64,000 bases of DNA from Pirellulales bacterium (GCA_041741015.1 JBGSKX010000006.1:2495-66494), one strand, 5' to 3'. Shown: positions 45,557 to 54,895, counted from the stretch's first letter. Notes: a model not told the origin generated them from the sequence alone. Program-made: numbers and translations.

Positions 45557-48286
45557 CTAGAAGGGGGCGTCGTCCGAGGCCGCCGACTTCTTCTTGACGG
45601 TGGTTTTCTTCTTCGTGCCCTTCTTGGCCGGTGCCTTTTTGGCGGGAGTTGCGCCATTCTCGGCCGCAGCCTTTTTCTTCGCGGGTGCCTTCTTGGCGGT
45701 CTTTCGCTTGGCCGATTTCTTCGAAGGGCCTAGCGCCGCCCGGGCAGCCAGTAATTCCAGCGCCTGTTCGCGGGTGAGTGCATCAGCCGTGAGCCCCTTG
45801 GGCAGCGAGGCGTTTGTTTCACCGTCGTTCAGGTATAGCCCATAGCGGCCCTCAAGCAGCTGGATCTTCTGCTTCGTCACCGGTGACTCGTCAAACACCT
45901 TAAGCGGCTCGCGCGGGGCGCCGAAGCCCCGCCGAACGGCCTTCGGCTGGGCGAGCAATTCGAGGGCTTGTTCAAGCGTCACGTCGATCGGTGAAAGGTC
46001 TGCCGGCAAGCTGCGAGTCTCGGAACCTGCCTTGATGTAGGGTCCGAAGCGGCCGTTCTGGGCCACGATCGGTTCGCCGTTGCCGGGGAAGATGCCGAGT
46101 TCGCGTGGCAGCGATAACAGCCTAAGCGCGACATCGACCGTGACATCTTCCGGCTTCATGCCCTTGAGCAGCGAGGCGTTTTTCGGCTTCTCTTCATCCT
46201 CCGGCGTTCCCCGCTGAATGTATGGCCCGAAGCGGCCTACTTTCAGGAAGATCGGCTTGCCGGACTCGGGGTCGTGACCCAGTGGCTCTTCGGCTTGGGC
46301 GGCCTGGCTGAGAATCTCGAGCGCGGCTTGGACCGAGAGTTCGTCGGGCGCCATCTCTTCGCGCAGGCTGCCGCGACGCTCGCCCTGTTCGATGAACGGT
46401 CCATAGCGCCCGACGCGAACGAAAATCGGTTCTTCGCCTTCCGGTTGACCGATCAAGATGCGGCCGATGTCGCGGGCATCGACCTCGTCCACTTTATTGG
46501 CCAGTAGTTTTTTGAGCCCCGGCTTGCCGTTGCCGAAATAGAACTGCCGCAAGTAGTCGACGTGCCCCGATTCGCCGCGGCTGATCGCATCGAGATCGTC
46601 TTCCATTTGGGCCGTGAACTTGTAGTCGACTAGTTCCGGCAGGTGGGCCGTTAGCAACTGCGCGACGGAGAATGCCACCCAGGTCGGCACCAGGGCGTTC
46701 CCTTTCTTGAAGACGTACTCGCGCGCGAGAATCGTATCGATGATCGAGGCGTACGTGCTCGGGCGGCCGATCCCCATTTCTTCCAGCGCCCGGGTGAGCG
46801 AGGCTTCGCTGTAGCGCGCCGGAGGCTGGGTGGTGTGGCTTTTGGGTTCAAGTTCGCTGAGGTCGAGCGGCTCGCCCACCACGACGCTCGGCAGCACGGT
46901 GTCGCGTTCGGCGAGGTCGGCCTGCGGATCGTCGCTGCCTTCGACGTAGGCCCGCAGATATCCGGCGAAATCGATGGTTTTTCCGCCGACTTGGAAGATC
47001 GCGCCGTCGCCTTCGATGGTAATCGTGATGCGCCGGCCGTGCGCGTCGGCCATCTGGCTGGCGACGGTCCGCTTCCAGATCAGATCGTACAGCCGGAATT
47101 GATCGGCGTTTAGTTCGTTACGCAGCGTTTCGGGGAGCGCGAAAGGATGGCCCGCGGGGCGGATGGCTTCGTGAGCTTCCTGGGCGTTCTTGACCTTGGT
47201 TTGATAGGTCCGCGGCGCGTCGGGCAGATACTCGCTGCCGTACTGCGAACGCACCAGATCTCGCGCCGCATCGACGGCCACCTTGGCCAGGTTCGTCGAG
47301 TCGGTTCGCATGTAAGTAATGTGGCCGTTCTCGTAGAGGCTCTGGGCAGCCTGCATGGTGCGTTTGGCGGTGAAGCCAAGTTTGCGGTTGGCCTCCTGTT
47401 GCAGCGTGCTGGTGGTGAACGGCGGATATGGTTTCGTAGTGAAAGGCTTGTCGTCGAGCGCCGTGACGGTGAAGCTGGCTCGGCCCAGACGCTCGAGGAG
47501 CACAGCCGCGCCGCCTTCATCGAGCAGTAGCAGCGACTCGTCCTTGATCTTGCCGGTGGCGGCGTCGAAATCTTTGCCGCTGGGAATCTTACGGCCGTCG
47601 ACGGAGACGAGTTCCGCCTGGAACGACTGCTGATCGCGCTTGGAAAACTTGCCGAGCAAATCCCAGTAGGTCGCCGAAACGAAGGCCATTCGCTGGCGTT
47701 CGCGTTCGACGATCAGCCGCACGGCAACGCTCTGCACGCGACCGGCGGAGAGTTTAGGCCGCACCTTGCGCCACAAGAGTGGCGAGACTTCATAGCCATA
47801 CAGCCGGTCGATGATCCGCCGGGCTTCTTGAGCTTTGACCAGGTCTTCATCGATCGATCGCGTGTGTTCGAGCGCGTCGCTGATCGCTTCTTTCGTGATT
47901 TCGTGGAAGACGAGCCGGTGGACGGGGACCTTCGGCTTCAAGAGTTCGTTGAGATGCCAACTAATGGCTTCTCCTTCGCGGTCTTCGTCCGTCGCCAGGT
48001 AGAGGTCCTTCGCCTCTTTCAGCAGGTCCTTTAACTTGCGAACCTGCTGGGTCTTGCCCGGCGGAATGATATAGACCGGGTCGAAGTCGCTGTTGACGTT
48101 CACGCCCAGGTGGGCCCAATCCTCTCCTTTATATTGAGCCGGAATCTGTTTTGCCCCCTGGGGCAAGTCACGCACGTGGCCAATGCTGGCCTCGACCGTG
48201 AAGTCGCTGCCCAGAAACTTGCTGATCGTGCGTGCCTTGGCCGGCGATTCGACGATCACCAGTGATTTGCCGTTTTTCTTGGCCAT
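45557..48286 (-). CDS. topA: DNA topoisomerase I with Cys-free C-terminal repeats and a Lys-rich tail
   Basis: Toprim N-terminus LVIVESPAKARTI and an active-site region around YITYMRTDS. Four G(R)(F/Y)GP(Y/F)I repeats carry no cysteines. The tail is KKSAKRKTAKKAPAKKKAA..KKGTKKKTTVKKK. Confidence 0.93.
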   Translation of the reverse strand: MAKKNGKSLVIVESPAKARTISKFLGSDFTVEASIGHVRDLPQGAKQIPAQYKGEDWAHLGVNVNSDFDPVYIIPPGKTQQVRKLKDLLKEAKDLYLATDEDREGEAISWHLNELLKPKVPVHRLVFHEITKEAISDALEHTRSIDEDLVKAQEARRIIDRLYGYEVSPLLWRKVRPKLSAGRVQSVAVRLIVERERQRMAFVSATYWDLLGKFSKRDQQSFQAELVSVDGRKIPSGKDFDAATGKIKDESLLLLDEGGAAVLLERLGRASFTVTALDDKPFTTKPYPPFTTSTLQQEANRKLGFTAKRTMQAAQSLYENGHITYMRTDSTNLAKVAVDAARDLVRSQYGSEYLPDAPRTYQTKVKNAQEAHEAIRPAGHPFALPETLRNELNADQFRLYDLIWKRTVASQMADAHGRRITITIEGDGAIFQVGGKTIDFAGYLRAYVEGSDDPQADLAERDTVLPSVVVGEPLDLSELEPKSHTTQPPARYSEASLTRALEEMGIGRPSTYASIIDTILAREYVFKKGNALVPTWVAFSVAQLLTAHLPELVDYKFTAQMEDDLDAISRGESGHVDYLRQFYFGNGKPGLKKLLANKVDEVDARDIGRILIGQPEGEEPIFVRVGRYGPFIEQGERRGSLREEMAPDELSVQAALEILSQAAQAEEPLGHDPESGKPIFLKVGRFGPYIQRGTPEDEEKPKNASLLKGMKPEDVTVDVALRLLSLPRELGIFPGNGEPIVAQNGRFGPYIKAGSETRSLPADLSPIDVTLEQALELLAQPKAVRRGFGAPREPLKVFDESPVTKQKIQLLEGRYGLYLNDGETNASLPKGLTADALTREQALELLAARAALGPSKKSAKRKTAKKAPAKKKAAAENGATPAKKAPAKKGTKKKTTVKKKSAASDDAPF

Positions 48287-48637
48287 CTTCCGTTATGTGT
48301 CCTTGCTGCCGTTGGGGGCAGTCCATCGCCTAAAACTCGGGATCTTGCTGGGAAAATCGGCCCGATGGACCGCCTCATGCCACGAACGAATATCAGACTC
48401 TCTTAATTCATTCTCCGCTTTTGGCAAGCAGGTCTTCATGCCAGCGACGGCTATTGTCGATCGCAAGTCATTACTCCGCAGTCACTTACTAAAACGCTGG
48501 TTTTCTTGCTGCCGGCTACCGCAATCGCTCTCGCGGTACTGGCTTAATGGGCCGGTCCCCCAACTGTCAAGCCGACTTGGAGCAAAGCCAACAGTCAGGT
48601 CCCCCCGAAGGTAGGCCTCCTGCTTGACAGGAAGTAT

Positions 48638-48660
48638 CTGTACTAGTACAACTAGTACAG
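48638..48660. promoter_or_regulatory. Perfect inverted repeat, candidate GntR/YtrA operator overlapping a promoter
   Basis: The repeat is CTGTACTAGT-aca-ACTAGTACAG, with 10-bp perfect arms. It ends right at the first possible start codon of the GntR gene. TTGACA at 48624-48629 followed by 17 nt and TACAAC (48647-48652) would put the -10 element inside the repeat. Confidence 0.55.
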
Positions 48661-49074
48661 TTGGGGAGCAATGTGGAATTCAGCATCCAAGTCACGACCG
48701 GTGTTCCGATTTATCAACAGCTTGCCGAGCAAATCTGCGCCGGCATCGCTCGAGGGCGACTCACGCCCGATGAGCGGCTCCCGTCGGTGCGTGAGCTATC
48801 ACAAACACTGGTGATCAACCCGAACACCGTGGCCCGCGCTTACACAGAGCTCGAGCGGCAAGGGGCAGTTTATACGCGACCAGGAATGGGGGTCTTCGTC
48901 CGCTCCGCGCGACCTACTCTCACACGCCAGGAGCGGCAGTCCCGGCTGCAAGACGCGGTGGACAAGCTGCTGATCGAGGCCGTGGGACTGGGCTGTGACA
49001 GTGGCGAAGTGCTGGAGTTGATCGACAGCTGCATCAAACAGTTCCAATGGCAAACGGGTTCAACGACGAGCTAA
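48661..49074 (+). CDS. GntR-family transcriptional regulator (short YtrA-like subfamily)
   Basis: PIYQQLAEQICAGIARGRLTPDERLPSVRELSQTLVINPNTVARAYTELERQGAVYTRPGMGVFV is a winged HTH, followed by a short C-terminal helix pair. Start is TTG 48661 or GTG 48673. Confidence 0.85.
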   Translation: MGSNVEFSIQVTTGVPIYQQLAEQICAGIARGRLTPDERLPSVRELSQTLVINPNTVARAYTELERQGAVYTRPGMGVFVRSARPTLTRQERQSRLQDAVDKLLIEAVGLGCDSGEVLELIDSCIKQFQWQTGSTTS

Positions 49075-49151
49075 TTGGGTTTGTTTGAAGGTACGCGCAA
49101 TACTCTGAAACTTACGGGGATGGCCATGAGCGACGCATCGTCATCGAAGAG

Positions 49152-50054
49152 TTGACGAAATACTACGGTCCGCGGTGCGTGGTCAACACCGTCAACCTCC
49201 GTGTGCCGGCCGGTTGTGTCTACGGATTTCTGGGCCGCAACGGCGCCGGCAAATCCACGCTCGTCAAAATGTTGATGGGCATGGTTCAGCCGGATGCCGG
49301 CTCGTCGCAACTCTTGGGTAGTGATAGTGGCACGCTAACTTCGGCCACGCGCGCTCGCGTGGCCTATCTGGCGGAAGGCCATCCACTTTATCGCTGGATG
49401 ACGGTAGCGCAGGCGGCTCGTTTTGCACAGGCGTTCTATTCGCCGGAGCGGTGGCACGGCCGCTTCCTGGACGAGATCTTGGATCACTTTCGGATCTCGC
49501 CGAAGAGCAAGGTGGGCCGTTTGTCGAACGGCCAGCGAGCCCAGGTGAGCCTGGCGCTGGCGCTTGCTCCCGATCCGGAGCTCTTGGTGCTGGACGATCC
49601 GACGTTGGGCCTCGATACCGTTGTGCGCCGCGATTTTCTGGAATCGATGATTCATCTGATCCAGCGCAGTGGGCGCACGATCTTTTTCAGCTCGCACATT
49701 CTGAGCGACGTGGAACGCGTGGCCGATCGGATTGGTGTGCTGGTCGACGGCGTCCTGCGGGTCGATTGTCCAACCGACACGTTCAAAGCGGCGCTCCGCC
49801 GCGTCGTGCTGGAATTCTCCGGTAGTGTGCCGCGGTTTCCCGATTGCGAGGGACTGGTCAGCCAGCGTCAAATCGGCAATCGGCTGGAGATCGTCGTCGT
49901 GCACTTTGGGGATGTGCACCGCGAACTGGCCGCAGGCCTGGGCGCGATCCACGTCGAGGAGGTGGAAATGAATCTGGAGGACGCGTTCATCGCCTATACC
50001 CGCGGCGAAACGCGACCGCTGCCCTCATTCGATCGGGAGCCAATCCGATGCTAA
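49152..50054 (+). CDS. ABC transporter ATP-binding protein (start codon problematic, see findings)
   Basis: Walker A GRNGAGKST, signature LSNGQRAQ and Walker B LLVLDDPTLGLD. The conserved N-terminal strand ERRIVIEEL is encoded in frame upstream of the first canonical start. Confidence 0.85.
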   Translation: MTKYYGPRCVVNTVNLRVPAGCVYGFLGRNGAGKSTLVKMLMGMVQPDAGSSQLLGSDSGTLTSATRARVAYLAEGHPLYRWMTVAQAARFAQAFYSPERWHGRFLDEILDHFRISPKSKVGRLSNGQRAQVSLALALAPDPELLVLDDPTLGLDTVVRRDFLESMIHLIQRSGRTIFFSSHILSDVERVADRIGVLVDGVLRVDCPTDTFKAALRRVVLEFSGSVPRFPDCEGLVSQRQIGNRLEIVVVHFGDVHRELAAGLGAIHVEEVEMNLEDAFIAYTRGETRPLPSFDREPIRC

Positions 50055-50719
50055 AGGCGCTGGTTTGGAAAGAAACTCGCGAGCTCGCTCCGCTGGTGGC
50101 GCTGGCAGTCATTGCCGAGCTCCTGTTCTATCTCCCGCTGAACATGTTCCCGCTGAACATGTTTGTCAGCATCAACCTGAATTATGACGATGGGGGGCGG
50201 ATCCCCTTTGTCAAAACTTCGCTCGAGAACTGGTTGCTCGTAGTTGGTGGGGCGACTGGCATCGCCTTGGGATTCTGGCAAACCGCCGGCGAACTCGGCC
50301 GGGGAACGTTTTTGTTTTTGCTGCATCGCCCGGTCGATCGCACGACCGTGTTCACCGCGAAGTTGGCGGTGGGAGTTGCACTGACGTTGCTGGTAGCCGG
50401 CGTGCCAATTCTGGGCTACGCGCTTTGGGCGGCAACGCCCGGGACGCATGCGAGCCCGTTTTTCTGGTCGATGACCATTGGAACCTGGCTGCTTTGGTTC
50501 CGTTTGCCGCTGTTTTACCTGGGGGCGTACCTCAGTGGACTGCGGCCTGGACGCTGGCTGGGGAGTCGTGCGTTGCCGCTGTTTGCGGCGCCATTGTTAT
50601 TCCTGATGTTGTCTATTGTCGCGTCCTGGCCACTGGTCTCTGTGGCACTCACCTTGCTGGTCGAGCTGGCCTATCTAATTGCGATTTACTTCGTTGCGCA
50701 GTCTCGCGACTACTCCTAA
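50048..50719 (+). CDS. Integral membrane protein, probable ABC-2-type permease partner
   Basis: From the ATG at 50048, which overlaps the ATPase stop (ATGCTAA): MLKALVWKETRELAPLVALAV, then about 6 hydrophobic spans. The track start at 49844 is an over-extension. Confidence 0.65.
   Translation: MLKALVWKETRELAPLVALAVIAELLFYLPLNMFPLNMFVSINLNYDDGGRIPFVKTSLENWLLVVGGATGIALGFWQTAGELGRGTFLFLLHRPVDRTTVFTAKLAVGVALTLLVAGVPILGYALWAATPGTHASPFFWSMTIGTWLLWFRLPLFYLGAYLSGLRPGRWLGSRALPLFAAPLLFLMLSIVASWPLVSVALTLLVELAYLIAIYFVAQSRDYS
50135..50164 (+). repeat. Perfect 15-bp tandem duplication inside the permease gene
   Basis: cccgctgaacatgtt occurs twice back to back (50135-50149 and 50150-50164). It encodes PLNMF-PLNMF in frame. 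Confidence 0.95.
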
Positions 50720-50752
50720 GTTAACCCATCCGCGCTCTCGAAGGAGACGGCC

Positions 50753-52228
50753 ATGTCTGCTCGCTGGAAGAAAGCTTCGCTGGGCGCGTCGCTCGTGCTG
50801 GCGACAATTCTGGGCGTTGGCCTGTTCGCGGCCTGGTTCTTCGTCTTCATCACGGGTGACAACGCCATCCGTCCTTACCGAGCCCAAGAAGCCTCCAAAC
50901 AGCTTGTATTCACCCGCGACGGTGAAGCTTTGGTGGAGATCTATCCGGCAGGTTATCGAGGCGACCTCGATCCCATTTACCAGACGCTCGAGGGCCGGCC
51001 CTACTTGCCGAAGGAAGGAAGCGTCGCGCGCTTAGATCCGCTCGATTTAGTGGATGATTACGCGCAGGTCATTCGTCCAGCATCCGACGTCAACACTGAC
51101 TCCGTCTACGTCGATCGCAATGACTGGTCGATGCGGATGCTGGGGATGGGCGCTCTTTCGCCGACGAAAACGTACTGGTACCTGATTTACAATCTGAATC
51201 ACGAAGGGACCGCCGCGTTCGTTGGCTACGACGCGCGCACCCGGCGGCGAATGGGTTATTTCGGTCGGCGCGGATTCAGTACCGATCCCCCCGCCCCCGC
51301 AGACTCGTTCAAGATTCCCTTCGATCTGTTTGTCGACGGTGGATGGAGTGCCGCCTACTTTACTCGCGGATCCGAGCCAAACTATGACGTCGCTCTGCAC
51401 GAGGACATGTTCCTGGTCTCGGACGGCGAACTTCTGAGAGTGAGTTTGGCGAACCAAACGGTGGAGTCGTTTTCGCTGCCAGAGAAAGTGATCGCCTTGG
51501 GCAGATACACGCCGCACACCGGAGTCTTACCGCGTCATTCTCGTCGCAACGCGATGGTCGTGCGGCTGCCGAGTGAGTTGCGGCTGTTCAGCCTGCAAGG
51601 AGAACCGCTCGGCGCGATTCCGTTGAAGCCTGAGCTGCAGGATAAGAGTCTGACGCTGTACAACCTCGAGTCCGGGGAGTTCATTTTGGAAGCGACCGTG
51701 GCCGGTGTTCGCGAAGCACCACCGACCGTCACCTGGTTTGCCGCCGACGGCAAGGAACTGCGCCATATGGTTGCGGATGTCTTTCCGCCTCGGCCCAAGA
51801 GGCCGTGGGAGGACTGGGTATTTCTGGGGATCGTGAATGTTCCGGTGTTGTATACAGTCGTGTGGCCAGTGGCGGCGTATTTCGAGGTGAACCGGGGGGC
51901 TGCGCCCGACATGACCACGGCCTTTGCCCAGTTGCTGAGCCGGTTCTGGGCGCCGTACACGCTGCTGGTCCTGATCTGCCTGGCGCTGGCCGTTCGGACG
52001 TATCGTCGGCACGCGCGGTACGAGTCGCGAGGTGCCGCGGCCTGGGCAATCTTCGTCCTGCTGACGGGGCCGTTCGGCATGGCGGCCTACCTGCTGCATC
52101 GTGAGTGGCCGGTTCGCACCGCATGCGAACATTGCGGCCGACCGACGCCACGCAATCGCAGCCAGTGCTTAGTCTGTGCCGAGCCGTTTCCGGCGCCTGA
52201 GCGGCGCGGGATTGAAATCTTCGCCTGA
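50753..52228 (+). CDS. Hypothetical membrane protein: N-terminal TM, large extracytoplasmic domain, three C-terminal TM spans, C-terminal zinc-ribbon-like CxxC..CxxC
   Basis: 491 aa ORF, co-directional and 33 nt after the permease gene. The C-terminus carries CEHCGRPTPRNRSQCLVCAEPF. No family was recognised. Confidence 0.6.
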   Translation: MSARWKKASLGASLVLATILGVGLFAAWFFVFITGDNAIRPYRAQEASKQLVFTRDGEALVEIYPAGYRGDLDPIYQTLEGRPYLPKEGSVARLDPLDLVDDYAQVIRPASDVNTDSVYVDRNDWSMRMLGMGALSPTKTYWYLIYNLNHEGTAAFVGYDARTRRRMGYFGRRGFSTDPPAPADSFKIPFDLFVDGGWSAAYFTRGSEPNYDVALHEDMFLVSDGELLRVSLANQTVESFSLPEKVIALGRYTPHTGVLPRHSRRNAMVVRLPSELRLFSLQGEPLGAIPLKPELQDKSLTLYNLESGEFILEATVAGVREAPPTVTWFAADGKELRHMVADVFPPRPKRPWEDWVFLGIVNVPVLYTVVWPVAAYFEVNRGAAPDMTTAFAQLLSRFWAPYTLLVLICLALAVRTYRRHARYESRGAAAWAIFVLLTGPFGMAAYLLHREWPVRTACEHCGRPTPRNRSQCLVCAEPFPAPERRGIEIFA

Positions 52229-52441
52229 TGTGCCCGTCAGGCAGACACGGGCTGGTCGAGCCTGGGATTCGCTCCAAACCCCGGCTGCCTTTGGCATTGC
52301 ATCGGGCGGAGCTTCGGCCCTACAATTCCCGCAAGCGCACAAAAGTGCCGCGCCGCTAGCGTTCTCAACCGCCTTGGGCGGCGCTGGCTTTCGACCAGGC
52401 ATTCGTTTTTCGCACCCGCAGACGCACAAAGGACTGTTTCC

Positions 52442-54895
52442 GTGGCAAGTCCGTTTTCCTTGTTCCGCAAGAACCAGAAGATCCTGATGGCCGTCTTCGG
52501 CGTGGCTGCCATGATCGCCTTCGTGTTTCTTGGCCCGCTCTCGCAGTACATGGGCGGCGGCCGACCCGAGGGTGGCAATCCCGTGATCGTCGAGACGAAG
52601 TACGGCGACCTCAAGGCGAGCGAACTGCAGGGTCTCGAATATCAGCGTGAACTGGTCAATCGATTCATCGAAGCGCTGGTCGTCGAATCCGCGGCCAAGC
52701 AATTCTCTCAGCCTGGAATGGACAATCGCTGGCTGCAGCAGATTGCCCAGCAACAGTTCATGATGTGGCACAATCGCATCATGGAGCACGCCTCGGGTGG
52801 ACCGGAGCAGCAGGCGGTCGAGACAATGCTAATGGCCGAACGGGCCAAGCAGATGGGCCTGGTGGTGAGCGATCAGACGATCAACGACATGATTCGGCAG
52901 ATCTCGTCTGATAGCTTGTCTCCCGCCGAGATTCAGACAATCATTCGCCGCCTGCAGCCCCAGCGGCCGATCAGTGTCACGCGGTTGTTTGATGCGTTTC
53001 GGACCGAACTTCTGGCGATGCAGTACTACCAGTTTTTCGTGAGCTCGCTGGCCGATGTGCCGCCGGCTCAGCGGTTCGAATACTTCTCGCGTTTGAATCG
53101 GCGCGTGAAGTCCGAATTGATGCCGCTGGCAGTGGCGGATTTCGTGAGCCAGGCGCCGGAACCGACCGATGCTGAGGTGAAGGAGTTCTACGAAAAATAT
53201 AAGAACGCCTATCCCGATCCGACGTCCCCTGAACCCGGCTTCAATAAGCCCAAGCGGGCATCGTTCCAGTACTTCAAGGCCACCCTCGATCCGCTGGCGG
53301 AGCAACTCAAGGGTGAAGTGAGCGAGGAAGAGATCGCGAAGTTCTATGAAGAGAACAAGCAGCGCTTCCCGGCGATGAGCCTGAACAATCCGGCCGCAAC
53401 GGCGCCGGCCGGAGAGGAACCCGCCGCCGAATCACCTGTGGCCGAGAAGCCTGCGGAAGAAACTCCCGCCGCGGAGACGCCTGCGGAAGAGAAACCAGCC
53501 GACGCTCCGGCGGAGGAGAAACCTGCCGAAGAGACGCCCGCCACAGAGCCAGCGCCCGAGGAGAAGGCACCGGAAGAGAAGGCGCCCGAAGGTGAACCGG
53601 CCCCGAGCGAATCGCCCCAAGCACGGCGTGCTTCGGGCCAGGTGTTCCGGCTGGTGAGCCTGCAGGAGGAAAAACCCGCAGAGGAAGCCCCGGCGACTGA
53701 ATCGCCTGCCGAAGAGAAGCCCGCTGACGAGGTCCCTGCCACGGAAGCACCGGCCGAGGTCGCGCCGGCTGAAGCGACGCCGGCAGAACAGAAGCCCGCC
53801 GCGGAAACCCCGACCGAGGATAAGCCAGTCGAAGAGACGCCAAAGAATCCCGGTGACGAGGTGGTGCCCGAGCCGGCCGTGCCAGAGGCGGCACCGCAGT
53901 TCGAGCCGCTTGAAAAGGTAAAGGACGAGATTCGCGACATCCTCGCGCAGCAGAAGGCCGCCGAAAAGCTGCAAGCGCAGTTCGAAGAGCTTTCCGGACA
54001 GATGAAACGGTATGCCGACGAACACGACATCTACTCCGTTGAAAAGCAGACGAATGCGAAGGCGATCGCGCCGCAGCCGCTGGACTTCAACAAGCTGGCC
54101 GAAGGAAAGAATGTTGAAGTTGGCGAACTAAAGTCGGTCACGCCGCTGCAGGCCATGAAATCGGACATCGGCAAGTCGTTCCGCGAGACGCAGAGCGCCG
54201 TGCCAGGCCAGGGACGGCAAATACCGTTCGTACAGTTCGCGTTCGCCGAGAATCTGCCCGAGTATCGTGCGGAAATGGACCAGGACGGCGAGAACAACTT
54301 CTATCTGTTCTGGAAGACGAGCGAAGAACCGGCCTACGTTCCGCCACTGGATGAGATTCGCAGCGAAGTGGTGCAAGCCTGGAAACTCAACAAAGCTCGC
54401 GAACTGGCAAAGAAACGCGGCGGGGAATATGCCGAACAGGCCCGGACGCAGAAAAAGTCGCTGGCCGAGCTATTTGGTTCGCAGCCAAACATGAAGGTAA
54501 GCGAGCCGGTGCCTTTCAGTTGGCTCACTCTGGGGAATGTGCCGCTGCAACAGGGCGCAGAGCCGCGACTGAGCGAGGTCGACGGTGTCGACCAGGCCGG
54601 CCCCGACTTTATGCGAATGGTTTTCGGCTTATCGGCCGGGGGCGTGGGCGTTGCATTCAACCAGCCAAAGGATATCGTCTACGTGGTTCGGGCGATCGAG
54701 TTCGAGCCGTCTGAAGAACAGCTTCGGGACGAGTTTGCCCGCGAAAACCCGATGCGATACTTGTCCGCTGCGCGCGAGGATCAGCGGGCGATCTATCGCA
54801 ACTGGATCGAAGATCTAAAGTCCGACGCCGACGTTCGCTGGCTGCGACAAGCTGACGTCCGCCGCTCGACCGCCGCCAGCGAGGCGGAGTTTTAA
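52442..54895 (+). CDS. PpiD/SurA-like periplasmic chaperone with a long Pro/Ala/Glu-rich insertion
   Basis: The N-terminus FSLFRKNQKILMAVFGVAAMIAFVF is a typical PpiD anchor. SurA-N-like helices follow. A low-complexity block sits at roughly 53385-53900 (AEKPAEETPAAETPAEEKPADAPAEEKPAEETP...). Confidence 0.65.
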   Translation: MASPFSLFRKNQKILMAVFGVAAMIAFVFLGPLSQYMGGGRPEGGNPVIVETKYGDLKASELQGLEYQRELVNRFIEALVVESAAKQFSQPGMDNRWLQQIAQQQFMMWHNRIMEHASGGPEQQAVETMLMAERAKQMGLVVSDQTINDMIRQISSDSLSPAEIQTIIRRLQPQRPISVTRLFDAFRTELLAMQYYQFFVSSLADVPPAQRFEYFSRLNRRVKSELMPLAVADFVSQAPEPTDAEVKEFYEKYKNAYPDPTSPEPGFNKPKRASFQYFKATLDPLAEQLKGEVSEEEIAKFYEENKQRFPAMSLNNPAATAPAGEEPAAESPVAEKPAEETPAAETPAEEKPADAPAEEKPAEETPATEPAPEEKAPEEKAPEGEPAPSESPQARRASGQVFRLVSLQEEKPAEEAPATESPAEEKPADEVPATEAPAEVAPAEATPAEQKPAAETPTEDKPVEETPKNPGDEVVPEPAVPEAAPQFEPLEKVKDEIRDILAQQKAAEKLQAQFEELSGQMKRYADEHDIYSVEKQTNAKAIAPQPLDFNKLAEGKNVEVGELKSVTPLQAMKSDIGKSFRETQSAVPGQGRQIPFVQFAFAENLPEYRAEMDQDGENNFYLFWKTSEEPAYVPPLDEIRSEVVQAWKLNKARELAKKRGGEYAEQARTQKKSLAELFGSQPNMKVSEPVPFSWLTLGNVPLQQGAEPRLSEVDGVDQAGPDFMRMVFGLSAGGVGVAFNQPKDIVYVVRAIEFEPSEEQLRDEFARENPMRYLSAAREDQRAIYRNWIEDLKSDADVRWLRQADVRRSTAASEAEF

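Noticed and set aside
48638-48660. A palindrome containing two ACTAGT (SpeI) sites looked like a possible cloning scar or synthetic insert
   Set aside because: It sits exactly where an autoregulatory GntR operator is expected and fits the GT..AC-type symmetric operator logic of the family. The flanking sequence is continuous native-looking DNA.
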